DNA from: a virus
Lineage: Duplodnaviria; Caudoviricetes
Length of the DNA: 30,634 nt
Reading direction: 5' to 3' (one strand)
IMG/VR virus record: IMGVR_UViG_3300042315_000849
Span: 1 to 30,634 of that record
The notes beneath the pieces were generated by a model, which saw nothing but the letters and a program-made list of their open reading frames with translations, did not search any database and was not told where the DNA came from. Made by a program: the position numbers and the translations under genes. Within the stretch, counting starts at the first letter, position 1; the number at the start of each line of letters is the position of its first letter. Shown piece by piece: positions 16,111 to 24,989 of the stretch.

Positions 16111-17061
16111 CAACTCAATATCATTAATTACCATTTTGTGAATCATTTGTGAAAACGTAGTAGTTGGCTGCCAATTAAAACAAGCTTTTGCTTTCGACGA
16201 ATCTCCTTTAAATGGCTTTACTTCTGATGGTCTAAAAAATGTATTGTCAATCGATACGTAAGAAGACCAATCTGACACATTAATTGCGCAAAAAGCTTCG
16301 TCTAAAAGTTCAGCTACAGTTTTTAGCTGTCCTGTTGCTAACACATAATCATCCGGAGTTGGGGCTTGTAACATGCTCCACATACCTTTTACAAAATCAG
16401 GAGCATATCCCCAGTCCCTTGCAGAATTTAAATTGCCTATGCTTATGGTGTGTTCAATATTAAGAAAAATTTTTGCTACACCGTGAGTAATTTTTCTAGT
16501 TAAAAATTGCACTTTCCTTCGCTCACTTTCGTGATTGAACAAAATACCGTTACAAATAAACATATTGTGGCATGTTTTATAATGTTGACACAACCAAAAT
16601 GCATAGACTTTTGCAGCTCCGTAAGGAGTTCTTGGTTGAAACGGTGTAGTTTCTGTAGCAACGCCTGCTTCTGTAGTTCCAAACATTTCAGAAGAACCTG
16701 CTTGAAATAATTTTATACGTTTATTACAAATTTTAATTGATTCGAGTAAACGTAAAACTCCGACTCCGACAATATTGGCGTTAGTATCTGGTGAACTCCA
16801 GCAATCTTCTAAAAAAGACTGAGCTGCTAAATTATAAATTTCGTCAGGCTGAGATTGGTTTATGCAATCCACTAATGAATTTTGATTTAATATATCTCCT
16901 GACAAAAACGTTAACTTATCTTCAATTTGTGTCAAATTTAGTCTATTGCTGTTTGAGCGTTCTGTTCCAAACACTGTATAGTTTTTATCTAAAAGAAATT
17001 CAGCCAAATGGCTTCCATCCATTCCACCAATACCGAGTATTAATGCTCGCTTTTTTTTCAC
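16090..17061 (-). CDS. gmd: GDP-mannose 4,6-dehydratase
   Basis: ALILGIGGMDGSHL, PDEIYNLAAQS, QAGSSEMFG, PYGAAK, GILFNHES, RDWG; likely start is the GTG at 17061 overlapping the upstream TGA (ORF track start 17076). Confidence 0.9.
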   Translation of the reverse strand: MKKKRALILGIGGMDGSHLAEFLLDKNYTVFGTERSNSNRLNLTQIEDKLTFLSGDILNQNSLVDCINQSQPDEIYNLAAQSFLEDCWSSPDTNANIVGVGVLRLLESIKICNKRIKLFQAGSSEMFGTTEAGVATETTPFQPRTPYGAAKVYAFWLCQHYKTCHNMFICNGILFNHESERRKVQFLTRKITHGVAKIFLNIEHTISIGNLNSARDWGYAPDFVKGMWSMLQAPTPDDYVLATGQLKTVAELLDEAFCAINVSDWSSYVSIDNTFFRPSEVKPFKGDSSKAKACFNWQPTTTFSQMIHKMVINDIELLKNSKK

Positions 17062-17723
17062 TTTGGAAACTTCCATTCAACCGGAAATTGGCAACAAAAA
17101 TCTACTTGATCTGGAAGAGAAGCCAAAAACTCACTGTACCTGTCTCCCTTAAATCGTTTGTTTATATTAGTAAAGGGAGTAATTCTTTCGATTGGCTTGT
17201 TTACGTGAGTGGTGTTATACTTTTGAGTAGCAAACCAAAAAAAATTATTAATTTGGTCTTCGCAAATAACTTGGATAGCTGTCTCAGGAAAATTGTACTG
17301 GTTGCTCCAAAATGAGGTCCATCCAGAATTGAGTCCATTAATGTAGTTAATGATATTTTTAGAAAACAAAAATGCATCCGATTCAATGTGTATAATTTTT
17401 TTGAATTGAAACTTTGCTGCGTATTTGGCAGCAAATCCATAACTTCTAAACCAACCAGGATAATTCCAAGTAGATGGCCTACCTAAGTGAGTTTTAAATG
17501 TTACTAAGATATTTGGATCTGGTGGTTTAATTGCATCGTCAGCTAGTTTAGTTAAAATTTGTACATCATTCCATTCAGGGAGAATTGGACTGCAGTCATC
17601 TACTATTAAAACCTGATCATACTCTAATCCTGATGTTTTATTGTAATCCAGCCAACGGCGATATCTTGTGGCCCATTGATCTTGAGTAGTAGAAAAGCTA
17701 GTGCAAAAAAGTAAAGTAGACAT
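17058..17723 (-). CDS. Putative GT-A fold glycosyltransferase-like protein
   Basis: LIVDDCS and IIHIESDAF motifs; island context. Confidence 0.55.
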   Translation of the reverse strand: MSTLLFCTSFSTTQDQWATRYRRWLDYNKTSGLEYDQVLIVDDCSPILPEWNDVQILTKLADDAIKPPDPNILVTFKTHLGRPSTWNYPGWFRSYGFAAKYAAKFQFKKIIHIESDAFLFSKNIINYINGLNSGWTSFWSNQYNFPETAIQVICEDQINNFFWFATQKYNTTHVNKPIERITPFTNINKRFKGDRYSEFLASLPDQVDFCCQFPVEWKFPK

Positions 17724-17733
17724 TTAAATAAAA

Positions 17734-17761
17734 AAGATAAATTAAATTATACTGAAGTCAA
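17734..17761 (-). promoter_or_regulatory. sigma70-type internal promoter of the sugar island
   Basis: TTGACT-N16-TATCTT, 10 nt before ATG. Confidence 0.55.
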
Positions 17762-19216
17762 CAAATTAAAATAGGAAGAGTGAGTAGGCCCATGAAACCC
17801 AAAACTTTTGCCAATTGGTACATTAAGGCCAGGAAAAATTTGCTCTTGAGAAAATTGATAGGCCAAATAAGCTGGAGCAATTTTTAAATCAAATTCGTTT
17901 TCAATTAAACGTCTAAAATATCTTCTTTGAGTAAACAATAAATCTTCATGAGTAGGGACGTCGTCAAACTTAGATGTAGCATCTAACAGCCTCTTGCTTC
18001 TTAAAGAAAAACCACCGTTACCAACTCTTGCATCATAACTTTCAACCCACTGATTTTGTTGAGACCACGGAGCTCCAATATAATCATATTTTAAAAATTC
18101 GTTTTTCCATAAATGAGGATTGACAACAAATCCATCACCTTGAACCACCAAACAATAATCAGTATTAATGTATTGATTTAATTGCTTTATAATAAAGATG
18201 CTGTATTCATGAGTTGAGTTTATTTTTGGTATAGAAATAAACTCAAAATTATTAGGAAAATTATTTGGTTTGATATCTCCTAATAAAACAACTTTAGCAA
18301 AATTAATATGTTTTGAAGAATATTGCAATGCTTTTAATGCTGTTTCTGGTTGCTTACAATCAACACATACCAAAGTTACTTGCGGAAGATCTAATAAATA
18401 ATTTTCGTCACACACTTCAATAATACCGTTGTTTAATTTTAATAAATTTGATGTCAATTCATCTTCATGCTGAAGTGGAGTTAAAAATTGTCCCCGAGGT
18501 TGTCTGTTGATTAAATTTGAATATATGTATTCTCCCCACACGTGTTGATAGGGAGTTTGTTTCCATAACGAATCGTTATAAAGAGCTTCAGGAGAATTGC
18601 TGTTCCAAACTCTTGGATGGTCTTCGTGCCCTATGTAAAATTGATCGTTGCAAAGTTTGCTGTGACTGTAATTGTACATAGTTAAAGCGTAATCTACGTC
18701 CCATTGCCATTGTCCGACTAAATAATTCTTGAAATAATGTCTGTTGCTTTTCCACCAATCAGTTTTGCAACACCAAGCATCAAACCCCGCAATTTCTACT
18801 TTAATAGGTTGTAGTGGTTCTTCTAAACTTTTAATTTCTTTTATATCGTGTCTAGAAAAGCTATACGTTTCATAGTCTTGTTTTAGGATAAGTTTTATAG
18901 CTCGTTCGGACAACAAGATGTCGTTGTTTAAATATAAAAAGTAATCGCAATCCTGAGCTCCTAATATATCAAAACATTCTTTTGCAATGTGTAAATTTTT
19001 AGTAGATTCTGGTATGATTGTTGAAGAATTTTCAACAAGCGAGGGTAAATGAATGAACCGGCAGTCGTCGTTTTTTTCAGTTTCAAAAGTCAAATTGTAT
19101 AAATCAACATTTAAAGGAAATTTGTCTTTTATCTTTAACAAAGTTTCTTTGCAGTGAGTGTGTCTTTTTTCGTCGTATTGTTTTTCGTAAAGACGGGTTC
19201 CTATTGCTAATTTCAT
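17747..19216 (-). CDS. Two-domain glycosyltransferase-like protein (GT-A-like N-terminus plus DUF5672-like C-terminus)
   Basis: N-half YLNNDILL, AGFDAW; C-half VQGDGFVVNP..W..EFL.YDYIGAPW, VGNGGFSLRS, FGFHG. Confidence 0.72.
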   Translation of the reverse strand: MKLAIGTRLYEKQYDEKRHTHCKETLLKIKDKFPLNVDLYNLTFETEKNDDCRFIHLPSLVENSSTIIPESTKNLHIAKECFDILGAQDCDYFLYLNNDILLSERAIKLILKQDYETYSFSRHDIKEIKSLEEPLQPIKVEIAGFDAWCCKTDWWKSNRHYFKNYLVGQWQWDVDYALTMYNYSHSKLCNDQFYIGHEDHPRVWNSNSPEALYNDSLWKQTPYQHVWGEYIYSNLINRQPRGQFLTPLQHEDELTSNLLKLNNGIIEVCDENYLLDLPQVTLVCVDCKQPETALKALQYSSKHINFAKVVLLGDIKPNNFPNNFEFISIPKINSTHEYSIFIIKQLNQYINTDYCLVVQGDGFVVNPHLWKNEFLKYDYIGAPWSQQNQWVESYDARVGNGGFSLRSKRLLDATSKFDDVPTHEDLLFTQRRYFRRLIENEFDLKIAPAYLAYQFSQEQIFPGLNVPIGKSFGFHGPTHSSYFNLLTSV

Positions 19217-19941
19217 TATATTAATTGTTCTAACGATGTTATTGTTGTACAGTTTTTGTAAGAGTAAAAGTTATTTACGTCCATATGAAAAAATTTTTTA
19301 TTTGCGTCATAATTTTTTCTGTTCATGACTGTATGCCATGGTGCTGTATGGACTCCTATAATTAGGTCACATTTTAAGGAAAGTCTTCCAATATCCATTA
19401 CTGAATAATTTAAGTCAATTGTACATGGAATATTTTTGTATTTTTTTGTAGTTATAATTTGTTTGTGTTTAAACCTTTCAACAAACAAATTACAATCTAA
19501 TGGTAAACCATTAGTTTGGCCACTGTGGCCATCTGAGTTAATCAACAAAATGTCCCATTTTTGGTCTTTCGGATTTTCGTAAAATAAATTGCTGTCTGGC
19601 AACAAGTCAATAATATTGTTATAAGGACATTTTACTTGTAGTTCCTGACAAAGTCTGTTATAAAAATTTAATTTTAATAAACCAAAATCAAATGGAATGA
19701 TTTTAATATGTCCGTATTGAGCCATCCAAGCTCTAACTGCAGTCGATGGAGCTTCAGAACGATTAAAGGTTTTAATTTGGTCTTTATTTTCAATAAATTC
19801 GTCAACTTGATTTTTATGTGTTTCTATAACGTAAAAATTAACACCCAAATTTTTGTTTACTTTTATTAATTTATTTAAAAAATCAGCGTGTATAATACAG
19901 TCCCCTAAATGGCTCTCGCTAATAAAGTCAATTGTGTTCAT
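19216..19941 (-). CDS. Putative glycosyltransferase (GT9-like)
   Basis: HLGDCI N-terminal motif and IIGVHTAPWH C-terminal motif. Confidence 0.55.
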   Translation of the reverse strand: MNTIDFISESHLGDCIIHADFLNKLIKVNKNLGVNFYVIETHKNQVDEFIENKDQIKTFNRSEAPSTAVRAWMAQYGHIKIIPFDFGLLKLNFYNRLCQELQVKCPYNNIIDLLPDSNLFYENPKDQKWDILLINSDGHSGQTNGLPLDCNLFVERFKHKQIITTKKYKNIPCTIDLNYSVMDIGRLSLKCDLIIGVHTAPWHTVMNRKNYDANKKFFHMDVNNFYSYKNCTTITSLEQLI

Positions 19942-20716
19942 TTTTTAATTTTTTTAAAAATTTAATTACTTCTAATTCTGTTGGCTGAGGAACTTCAAAA
20001 ATGTCACAACCGTGAAGGCGTTTAAAAGTTTGCCTTGCTTCGTTAAAATTTGCTTGAAACGTTTGTGGGTTTCTTACTTGAGAATCTGTTGTAAAATTGC
20101 TTTGATTTTCAATTAAATCCCAACTTCCGTATACGTCAGCAAACCACCAAAACGGAGTAGTAAAATTGTGTTTGTATGCTCTATATGTAAGCTCTAAATG
20201 GTCTCCATGTCCTTTATTAAAATCTTTATGGTGCAATCCTATTGTTTGTAAGCATTTTTTTGTATAGAAAGTAAAAGCTCCTAAAATATTTTGATTTAAA
20301 ACTATTTTGCTGTTTTTATAATCAACAGTCAATTTCCATACAGGCTTGAGCTCGTTATTCAAATTTTCTCTTTGAGAGAATCCAAAATTAAAGTGATGTA
20401 AACCAGTGTCTTTGTGTGCTTGTATATAACGGTCAAAAATAAAATCGTTTTTTAAAATAATATCGTCTTCTAGCGTAAAAATATATTCACAATTTAAATC
20501 AAGCATGTGCCTCATTGCTACATTCTTACTTTCTCCAACGTGTTTGTTTTGTTTGTGTTGAATTAATGTCGTATTTTTATTCAACTTGTCAAGAAACGGA
20601 AAGTGTTTTCCGTCGTTTACTACTATTAGCTTATCTATTTTATCGAAAGGCAAAGAGTTGTAGCATTTTTCAAAAAAATTAGGTCTATTGCAAGTTATAA
20701 TTGCTGCTCCTAACAT
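19928..20716 (-). CDS. GT2 family glycosyltransferase
   Basis: IITCNRP, LIVVNDG, VG.SKN, FTLEDD, DH.ELTYR. Confidence 0.85.
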   Translation of the reverse strand: MLGAAIITCNRPNFFEKCYNSLPFDKIDKLIVVNDGKHFPFLDKLNKNTTLIQHKQNKHVGESKNVAMRHMLDLNCEYIFTLEDDIILKNDFIFDRYIQAHKDTGLHHFNFGFSQRENLNNELKPVWKLTVDYKNSKIVLNQNILGAFTFYTKKCLQTIGLHHKDFNKGHGDHLELTYRAYKHNFTTPFWWFADVYGSWDLIENQSNFTTDSQVRNPQTFQANFNEARQTFKRLHGCDIFEVPQPTELEVIKFLKKLKNEHN

Positions 20717-20719
20717 AAT

Positions 20720-21535
20720 TTAGTAATTGCGGGTATGGAAATAATACCCTTTGTATGTGTTTGAAGTTATAGTTGGTTTGTTTCTCATTAAAGATGCTAA
20801 GTGGGAATAAGAAGACCTAGGTGTCTCAACAAAACAGTTTGCGTGCTTTAAAACAAATAGATCAAAAAAATCAGGCAAAAATAATTTATAATTGTGTTCG
20901 GGTCTATTCGATTCATTTAAATTGAAAATAGTTCTATCTATAATATTAAATTTTGAATACAAATGCAAAAAATTATTAGTGTTTTCTGTAGCTAAATAAA
21001 ATTTAATATTCGAGTTTTGTTTTTGTAAATCATTCATTACGGAAACATACCATTTTTCATGAACTTGACGGTTTATTCCAGTAAAATCTTCGTCTGTTTG
21101 AGTAGGTGGATAAAAATCAGATCTTCTTATATGAAGACCGATTAAATTAGGATCCTGTGTAACTTGCAATACTTTTTCGTAGCTGGGATGGTCAAGTTGA
21201 ACTTGTTCAAATAGTGTTTTGTAGTGTATTTTATCTTCGTTGTTTCTGCTATAGTTATAACCACACGTAAGTTTAATATTAATATTGTCAGGCAACCTAC
21301 CAGAAAAGTTTTTAAAATTATTTGTATTTAAATCTACCCATGTTGTGTCTTCAGGTAACGTTTTAATAGATATTGTTTTAGGAAGATCTAAATACTCCAC
21401 GTCCCCTTGCCAATCTTGTACAAGCAACATATTATTTTGTTCTGCAAGAAAATAAGCATGAGCCCAAGCATGAAGTTTATTTGATAAACCACTATGATTG
21501 CTAGCAGATGTTAGTAAAAATTTTTGGCTATTCAT
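20720..21535 (-). CDS. GDP-sugar-dependent fucosyltransferase-like protein (GT11/NodZ-like)
   Basis: GLSNKL, IGLHIRRSDF, FYLATE, DLFVL, SSYS motifs. Confidence 0.75.
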   Translation of the reverse strand: MNSQKFLLTSASNHSGLSNKLHAWAHAYFLAEQNNMLLVQDWQGDVEYLDLPKTISIKTLPEDTTWVDLNTNNFKNFSGRLPDNINIKLTCGYNYSRNNEDKIHYKTLFEQVQLDHPSYEKVLQVTQDPNLIGLHIRRSDFYPPTQTDEDFTGINRQVHEKWYVSVMNDLQKQNSNIKFYLATENTNNFLHLYSKFNIIDRTIFNLNESNRPEHNYKLFLPDFFDLFVLKHANCFVETPRSSYSHLASLMRNKPTITSNTYKGYYFHTRNY

Positions 21536-22586
21536 ATGAAGCTTGACATAATTTATACATTTCTATGCATTTATCAAGAACTTCTTTTTTTGTTGCTCTC
21601 GTTTCAACATGTTCAATAAACTCACAAAACGCTGTTTCTATGTCTATTGATAATTTTTTAACGTCTTTTGTATCTACTTGTGCTCCATCTAAAATATTAA
21701 ATTCGGTTCTAAACTGTAATGGACTATATTGAGTTAATTTGGAAATTAGTAAATCAAGAGTTAGTGTTTCGATTTTGGAATCTACATACAAGCTGACAAT
21801 ATTGTTTTTAACAAGAGACGGTAAATTTCCAGCATTTCTAGTTAGAATGTCAGATATTTTAACTCTAAAGTGTTTTGGTGTTATTTTATTTTCGATGAAC
21901 GAAACACTAAAGTCATTAAAATCTATAATTGACACCCCTTTTTGCTGGTCTCTGTCTCCAAAGTCCATCTCGTATGGTGAGCCTAGATACAAAATATATT
22001 TTTTATTATCATACTCTCTAAATTCTCTGTAATGAAAATGGCCAGTAATAATGTGATCTGCTACTTCTAGCAGATCAGTTGATGTATCTCCGTGATCACA
22101 AATTTTAGTTGAATTCATTTTAAAATTGGCTATTTCAAAATGACCGACTAACATATCTACTTTTGAAAGTTGTTTAATTTGAGTTTTCCACGGGCAAAAA
22201 GTCACCGTTTTATCGTTTACGGAAATAGTTGTGGGGGTTGAATAAACAAATATATTCTTATTTTCTAGTATTTCTACTGAGTTTACTTCAACAGTAGATG
22301 ATAAGAACGCATCGTGATTACCTGGAATTAAATGTATTTTGTAATCCTTAAGTGCACCAAAAAACTTTTTTGCTACATGCAAAGTGCTGACACCTATTTC
22401 ATGGCGGTCGTGAAACACGTCTCCAGCAAAAAATATAGTGTCTAATTTATGCTGCTTCATGGTTTGATTAATCCACTCCGCAAGTTCTAAACTAATGTTG
22501 TGCCATGTCTGAGAATTCTGGTGCACTCCTAAATGCAGATCAGAAAAAAACAAAACTTTGTCGTTTTTAGGATTAATCTTCAACAT
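21528..22586 (-). CDS. gp47: gp47/SbcD/Mre11-like metallophosphoesterase nuclease
   Basis: FSDLHLG, AGDVFH, PGNHD, GHFE, TGHFH, YLGSPYE; likely start ATG 22586 (MLKINPK) rather than 22655. Confidence 0.93.
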   Translation of the reverse strand: MLKINPKNDKVLFFSDLHLGVHQNSQTWHNISLELAEWINQTMKQHKLDTIFFAGDVFHDRHEIGVSTLHVAKKFFGALKDYKIHLIPGNHDAFLSSTVEVNSVEILENKNIFVYSTPTTISVNDKTVTFCPWKTQIKQLSKVDMLVGHFEIANFKMNSTKICDHGDTSTDLLEVADHIITGHFHYREFREYDNKKYILYLGSPYEMDFGDRDQQKGVSIIDFNDFSVSFIENKITPKHFRVKISDILTRNAGNLPSLVKNNIVSLYVDSKIETLTLDLLISKLTQYSPLQFRTEFNILDGAQVDTKDVKKLSIDIETAFCEFIEHVETRATKKEVLDKCIEMYKLCQASYE

Positions 22587-23070
22587 ATCCATTTTGAGTG
22601 TAATCATCGTTTGCTCCACAGCGGGAGTTTTTACGTGAGGGTATTTGACCAGCACAAACGTGATTTTCGTAAATTTCTGCTTGATAACGTTTTAATGTAT
22701 CAAAATCCTTTTTTGATTTTTTAATACAATTTTGGAAGGCGTGATATGCTACTTTAGTAAAATATGAAAATGGATTGTATCCTTCATTGCATTTAAATCT
22801 TTTTCTACGCAAAGCGGTCATCATTTTTACGATTGCATCTCCTTGCATTTCAGTTTTAAAGCTGTAAGAATAGAAGTTTCTAGCTAAGCCAAGTCTAACT
22901 GCTATCATTTGAACCATAGACGCTAATTTTTCACAAATTATATCAGTTTTATAATACACCGAGATTAGTTGTTCCATTTCAACTGGGTCTATATAAACAT
23001 CTTTTAATTCTTCTTTTGTTCTACGGACTCTTTTTTGTACAATTTGTGGCGGTTTAGTTTCTTCGGACAT
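22573..23070 (-). CDS. gp55: gp55-like late-transcription sigma factor
   Basis: YID..E, IA.RL...NF.SYSFK.EM.GDAI, NPFSYFT..AY.AF...IKK.KK. Confidence 0.88.
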   Translation of the reverse strand: MSEETKPPQIVQKRVRRTKEELKDVYIDPVEMEQLISVYYKTDIICEKLASMVQMIAVRLGLARNFYSYSFKTEMQGDAIVKMMTALRRKRFKCNEGYNPFSYFTKVAYHAFQNCIKKSKKDFDTLKRYQAEIYENHVCAGQIPSRKNSRCGANDDYTQNGYVED

Positions 23071-23083
23071 ATTTATACGCTTA

Positions 23084-23111
23084 ATTGTACTTGTAATGAT
23101 TGGTTATTCAA
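23084..23111 (-). promoter_or_regulatory. sigma70-type promoter for gp55
   Basis: TTGAAT-N16-TACAAT, 13 nt before ATG. Confidence 0.65.
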
Positions 23112-24540
23112 CAATTAATTTTGATATAATTGGTATTTGTTCGCTTACGTAGATGTCTTTTCTTTCCAAAAAGTGCTTGTTTCCGTAAACAAGATTTGTG
23201 TCAGCAATATCAAAAATAGTAGCCATTTGTTTGGTTTTATGTAAACGTAAACTTCGGCCAATTGATTGAATGATTTTTATTCTAGCTTTACCAATTGCCG
23301 CGAAAACTACATTATGTAAATTTTTAATTGAAATGCCGGTAGAAAATAGCTTGGATATTGCTATACACACAATTCCTGAATTTTGTTCCATAATTTCCCG
23401 AATTTGTTCTCTTTCAGCTACATCTACTGAACCTTGAATGAAATAAATTTGTTTTGTTGTTTGTGTTTTTAATACATTCAGTAAGTGCTCTCCGTGCACA
23501 ATACGATCTACTAAGATCAAAGTGTTTGTTTCTAATTTTTCTATAATTTTAGATAAAACATCGTTACGGAATTTGTTGGTGTGCAGCCAGTTTATTTCTT
23601 CTTCGTAGCCAGCAGTAGGTTCAGACATTGAAGGTTTGGTAAACTCTGGAATATTTTTATATTCAATTTCCAAAGCAACAACTCGTACGTTGGAAATAAA
23701 TTGATTTTGTCTTAATTCTATAGATTTTTTGTAATACAGAATTGGACCAAAAATTCGATTAAGTGACCAAACATCAAATTGTTCGTTTGGCAAAGAACCA
23801 GTAAAACCAAATATATGCTTACATTTTAAATTTTTAACGAGCTTGGTAATTTTTTCTGCACTAGCTAGTTTGTGGCATTCATCGACAATAATCAAATCAA
23901 ATTCGTTTAACACTGTGGTATCTTGTTTTTCTGATAAAAGTATTTGATTGTTTGCTATAACAATATTAGCTTTTTGGTATGCATAATTGCCAGTCCATTT
24001 TGCTACATTGTCCTTTGAAACTCCGTATTCCAAAAAATCTTGATATGTTTGCTCTACAAGTTGTATATTAGGTACTAAAATAAGCGTTTTGTAATTTTTT
24101 GCGCTCAGCGCTGTATAAGCAATTAAACCTATAGTTAAAGTTTTGCCGGCTGAAGTAGGCAAAACAATAATTCCGCGTCCTTTTAAAAGAGCTGTTGAGG
24201 CCGATTCAAATTGGTAGTCCCGAGGTTCAAATTTTAACTTAATGAGGTCATTAGCTATTGGGTTTGCTTTCCAGTTATCAACAAACTTTTCGGTGGGACT
24301 AATTTGTAAGCTTGGAAATTTTTCGATAATTGTTTTACATATAATTTCAAAAAACGGAAGATCAAATACTCCTTTGTTTGTGATAGCATATTTACGAGCC
24401 GGCAAATGTTTGCCAAAACGCCGCCTAACAAACTGCATTGCTTTGTCTTCTATCGAAAAGACTTCTCGTATTTCATTTAAGTGTTCAGAAATTATACGAC
24501 ATTTTCTCGTTACTGTATCAAAATCAAAAACTACGTTCAT
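23104..24540 (-). CDS. uvsW: UvsW-like SF2 helicase
   Basis: PRDYQ, LPTSAGKT, IVDECH, GFTGS, FSTGISI, QSIGRSLR. Confidence 0.93.
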   Translation of the reverse strand: MNVVFDFDTVTRKCRIISEHLNEIREVFSIEDKAMQFVRRRFGKHLPARKYAITNKGVFDLPFFEIICKTIIEKFPSLQISPTEKFVDNWKANPIANDLIKLKFEPRDYQFESASTALLKGRGIIVLPTSAGKTLTIGLIAYTALSAKNYKTLILVPNIQLVEQTYQDFLEYGVSKDNVAKWTGNYAYQKANIVIANNQILLSEKQDTTVLNEFDLIIVDECHKLASAEKITKLVKNLKCKHIFGFTGSLPNEQFDVWSLNRIFGPILYYKKSIELRQNQFISNVRVVALEIEYKNIPEFTKPSMSEPTAGYEEEINWLHTNKFRNDVLSKIIEKLETNTLILVDRIVHGEHLLNVLKTQTTKQIYFIQGSVDVAEREQIREIMEQNSGIVCIAISKLFSTGISIKNLHNVVFAAIGKARIKIIQSIGRSLRLHKTKQMATIFDIADTNLVYGNKHFLERKDIYVSEQIPIISKLIVE

Positions 24541-24953
24541 TACGTTGTTTCTAATGTTATAATTTTTGTTAGGTTGTTCATGCCGTACTGAGTGTCTCGA
24601 AAGTTAGATTCGACTTTTGTTAGAAATTCGACGAGTAATTCATGATTAGCAACGTCTTCGTCTATTTTTAGAATAATCTCGTTCTTTGCGATTGATTCAT
24701 TTATAGTTTTTGCTGTTAATGAAACAGGAGTTTCATGTTCAATTCTCTGTTTAATTACTTTTGTGGCTTTTTCTTTAGCTTGTTTTAGTTTGTTTATTTG
24801 TTGTTTGTGAAACATCAATCGCCCTACCCAGTAATGTCTTACGACGGGTAACGACATTTGAGAATCTTTTAAATTTAACTCATCAAACTGCAAAAATTTT
24901 TCTATTTTATTGTAATATTCAGTTAGCAAATTTGAAACATTAGAATCTGACAT
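24540..24953 (-). CDS. uvsY: UvsY-like recombination mediator
   Basis: 137-aa helical/coiled-coil protein coupled (TAATG) to uvsW; size and synteny as in T4-like phages. Confidence 0.68.
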   Translation of the reverse strand: MSDSNVSNLLTEYYNKIEKFLQFDELNLKDSQMSLPVVRHYWVGRLMFHKQQINKLKQAKEKATKVIKQRIEHETPVSLTAKTINESIAKNEIILKIDEDVANHELLVEFLTKVESNFRDTQYGMNNLTKIITLETT

Positions 24954-24959
24954 ACCAAC

Positions 24960-24987
24960 ATTATCCTTTCTTTTTTAAACAAATCTA
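24960..24987 (-). promoter_or_regulatory. sigma70-type promoter for uvsY
   Basis: TAGATT-N16-GATAAT, 6 nt before ATG. Confidence 0.55.
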
Positions 24988-24989
24988 CG

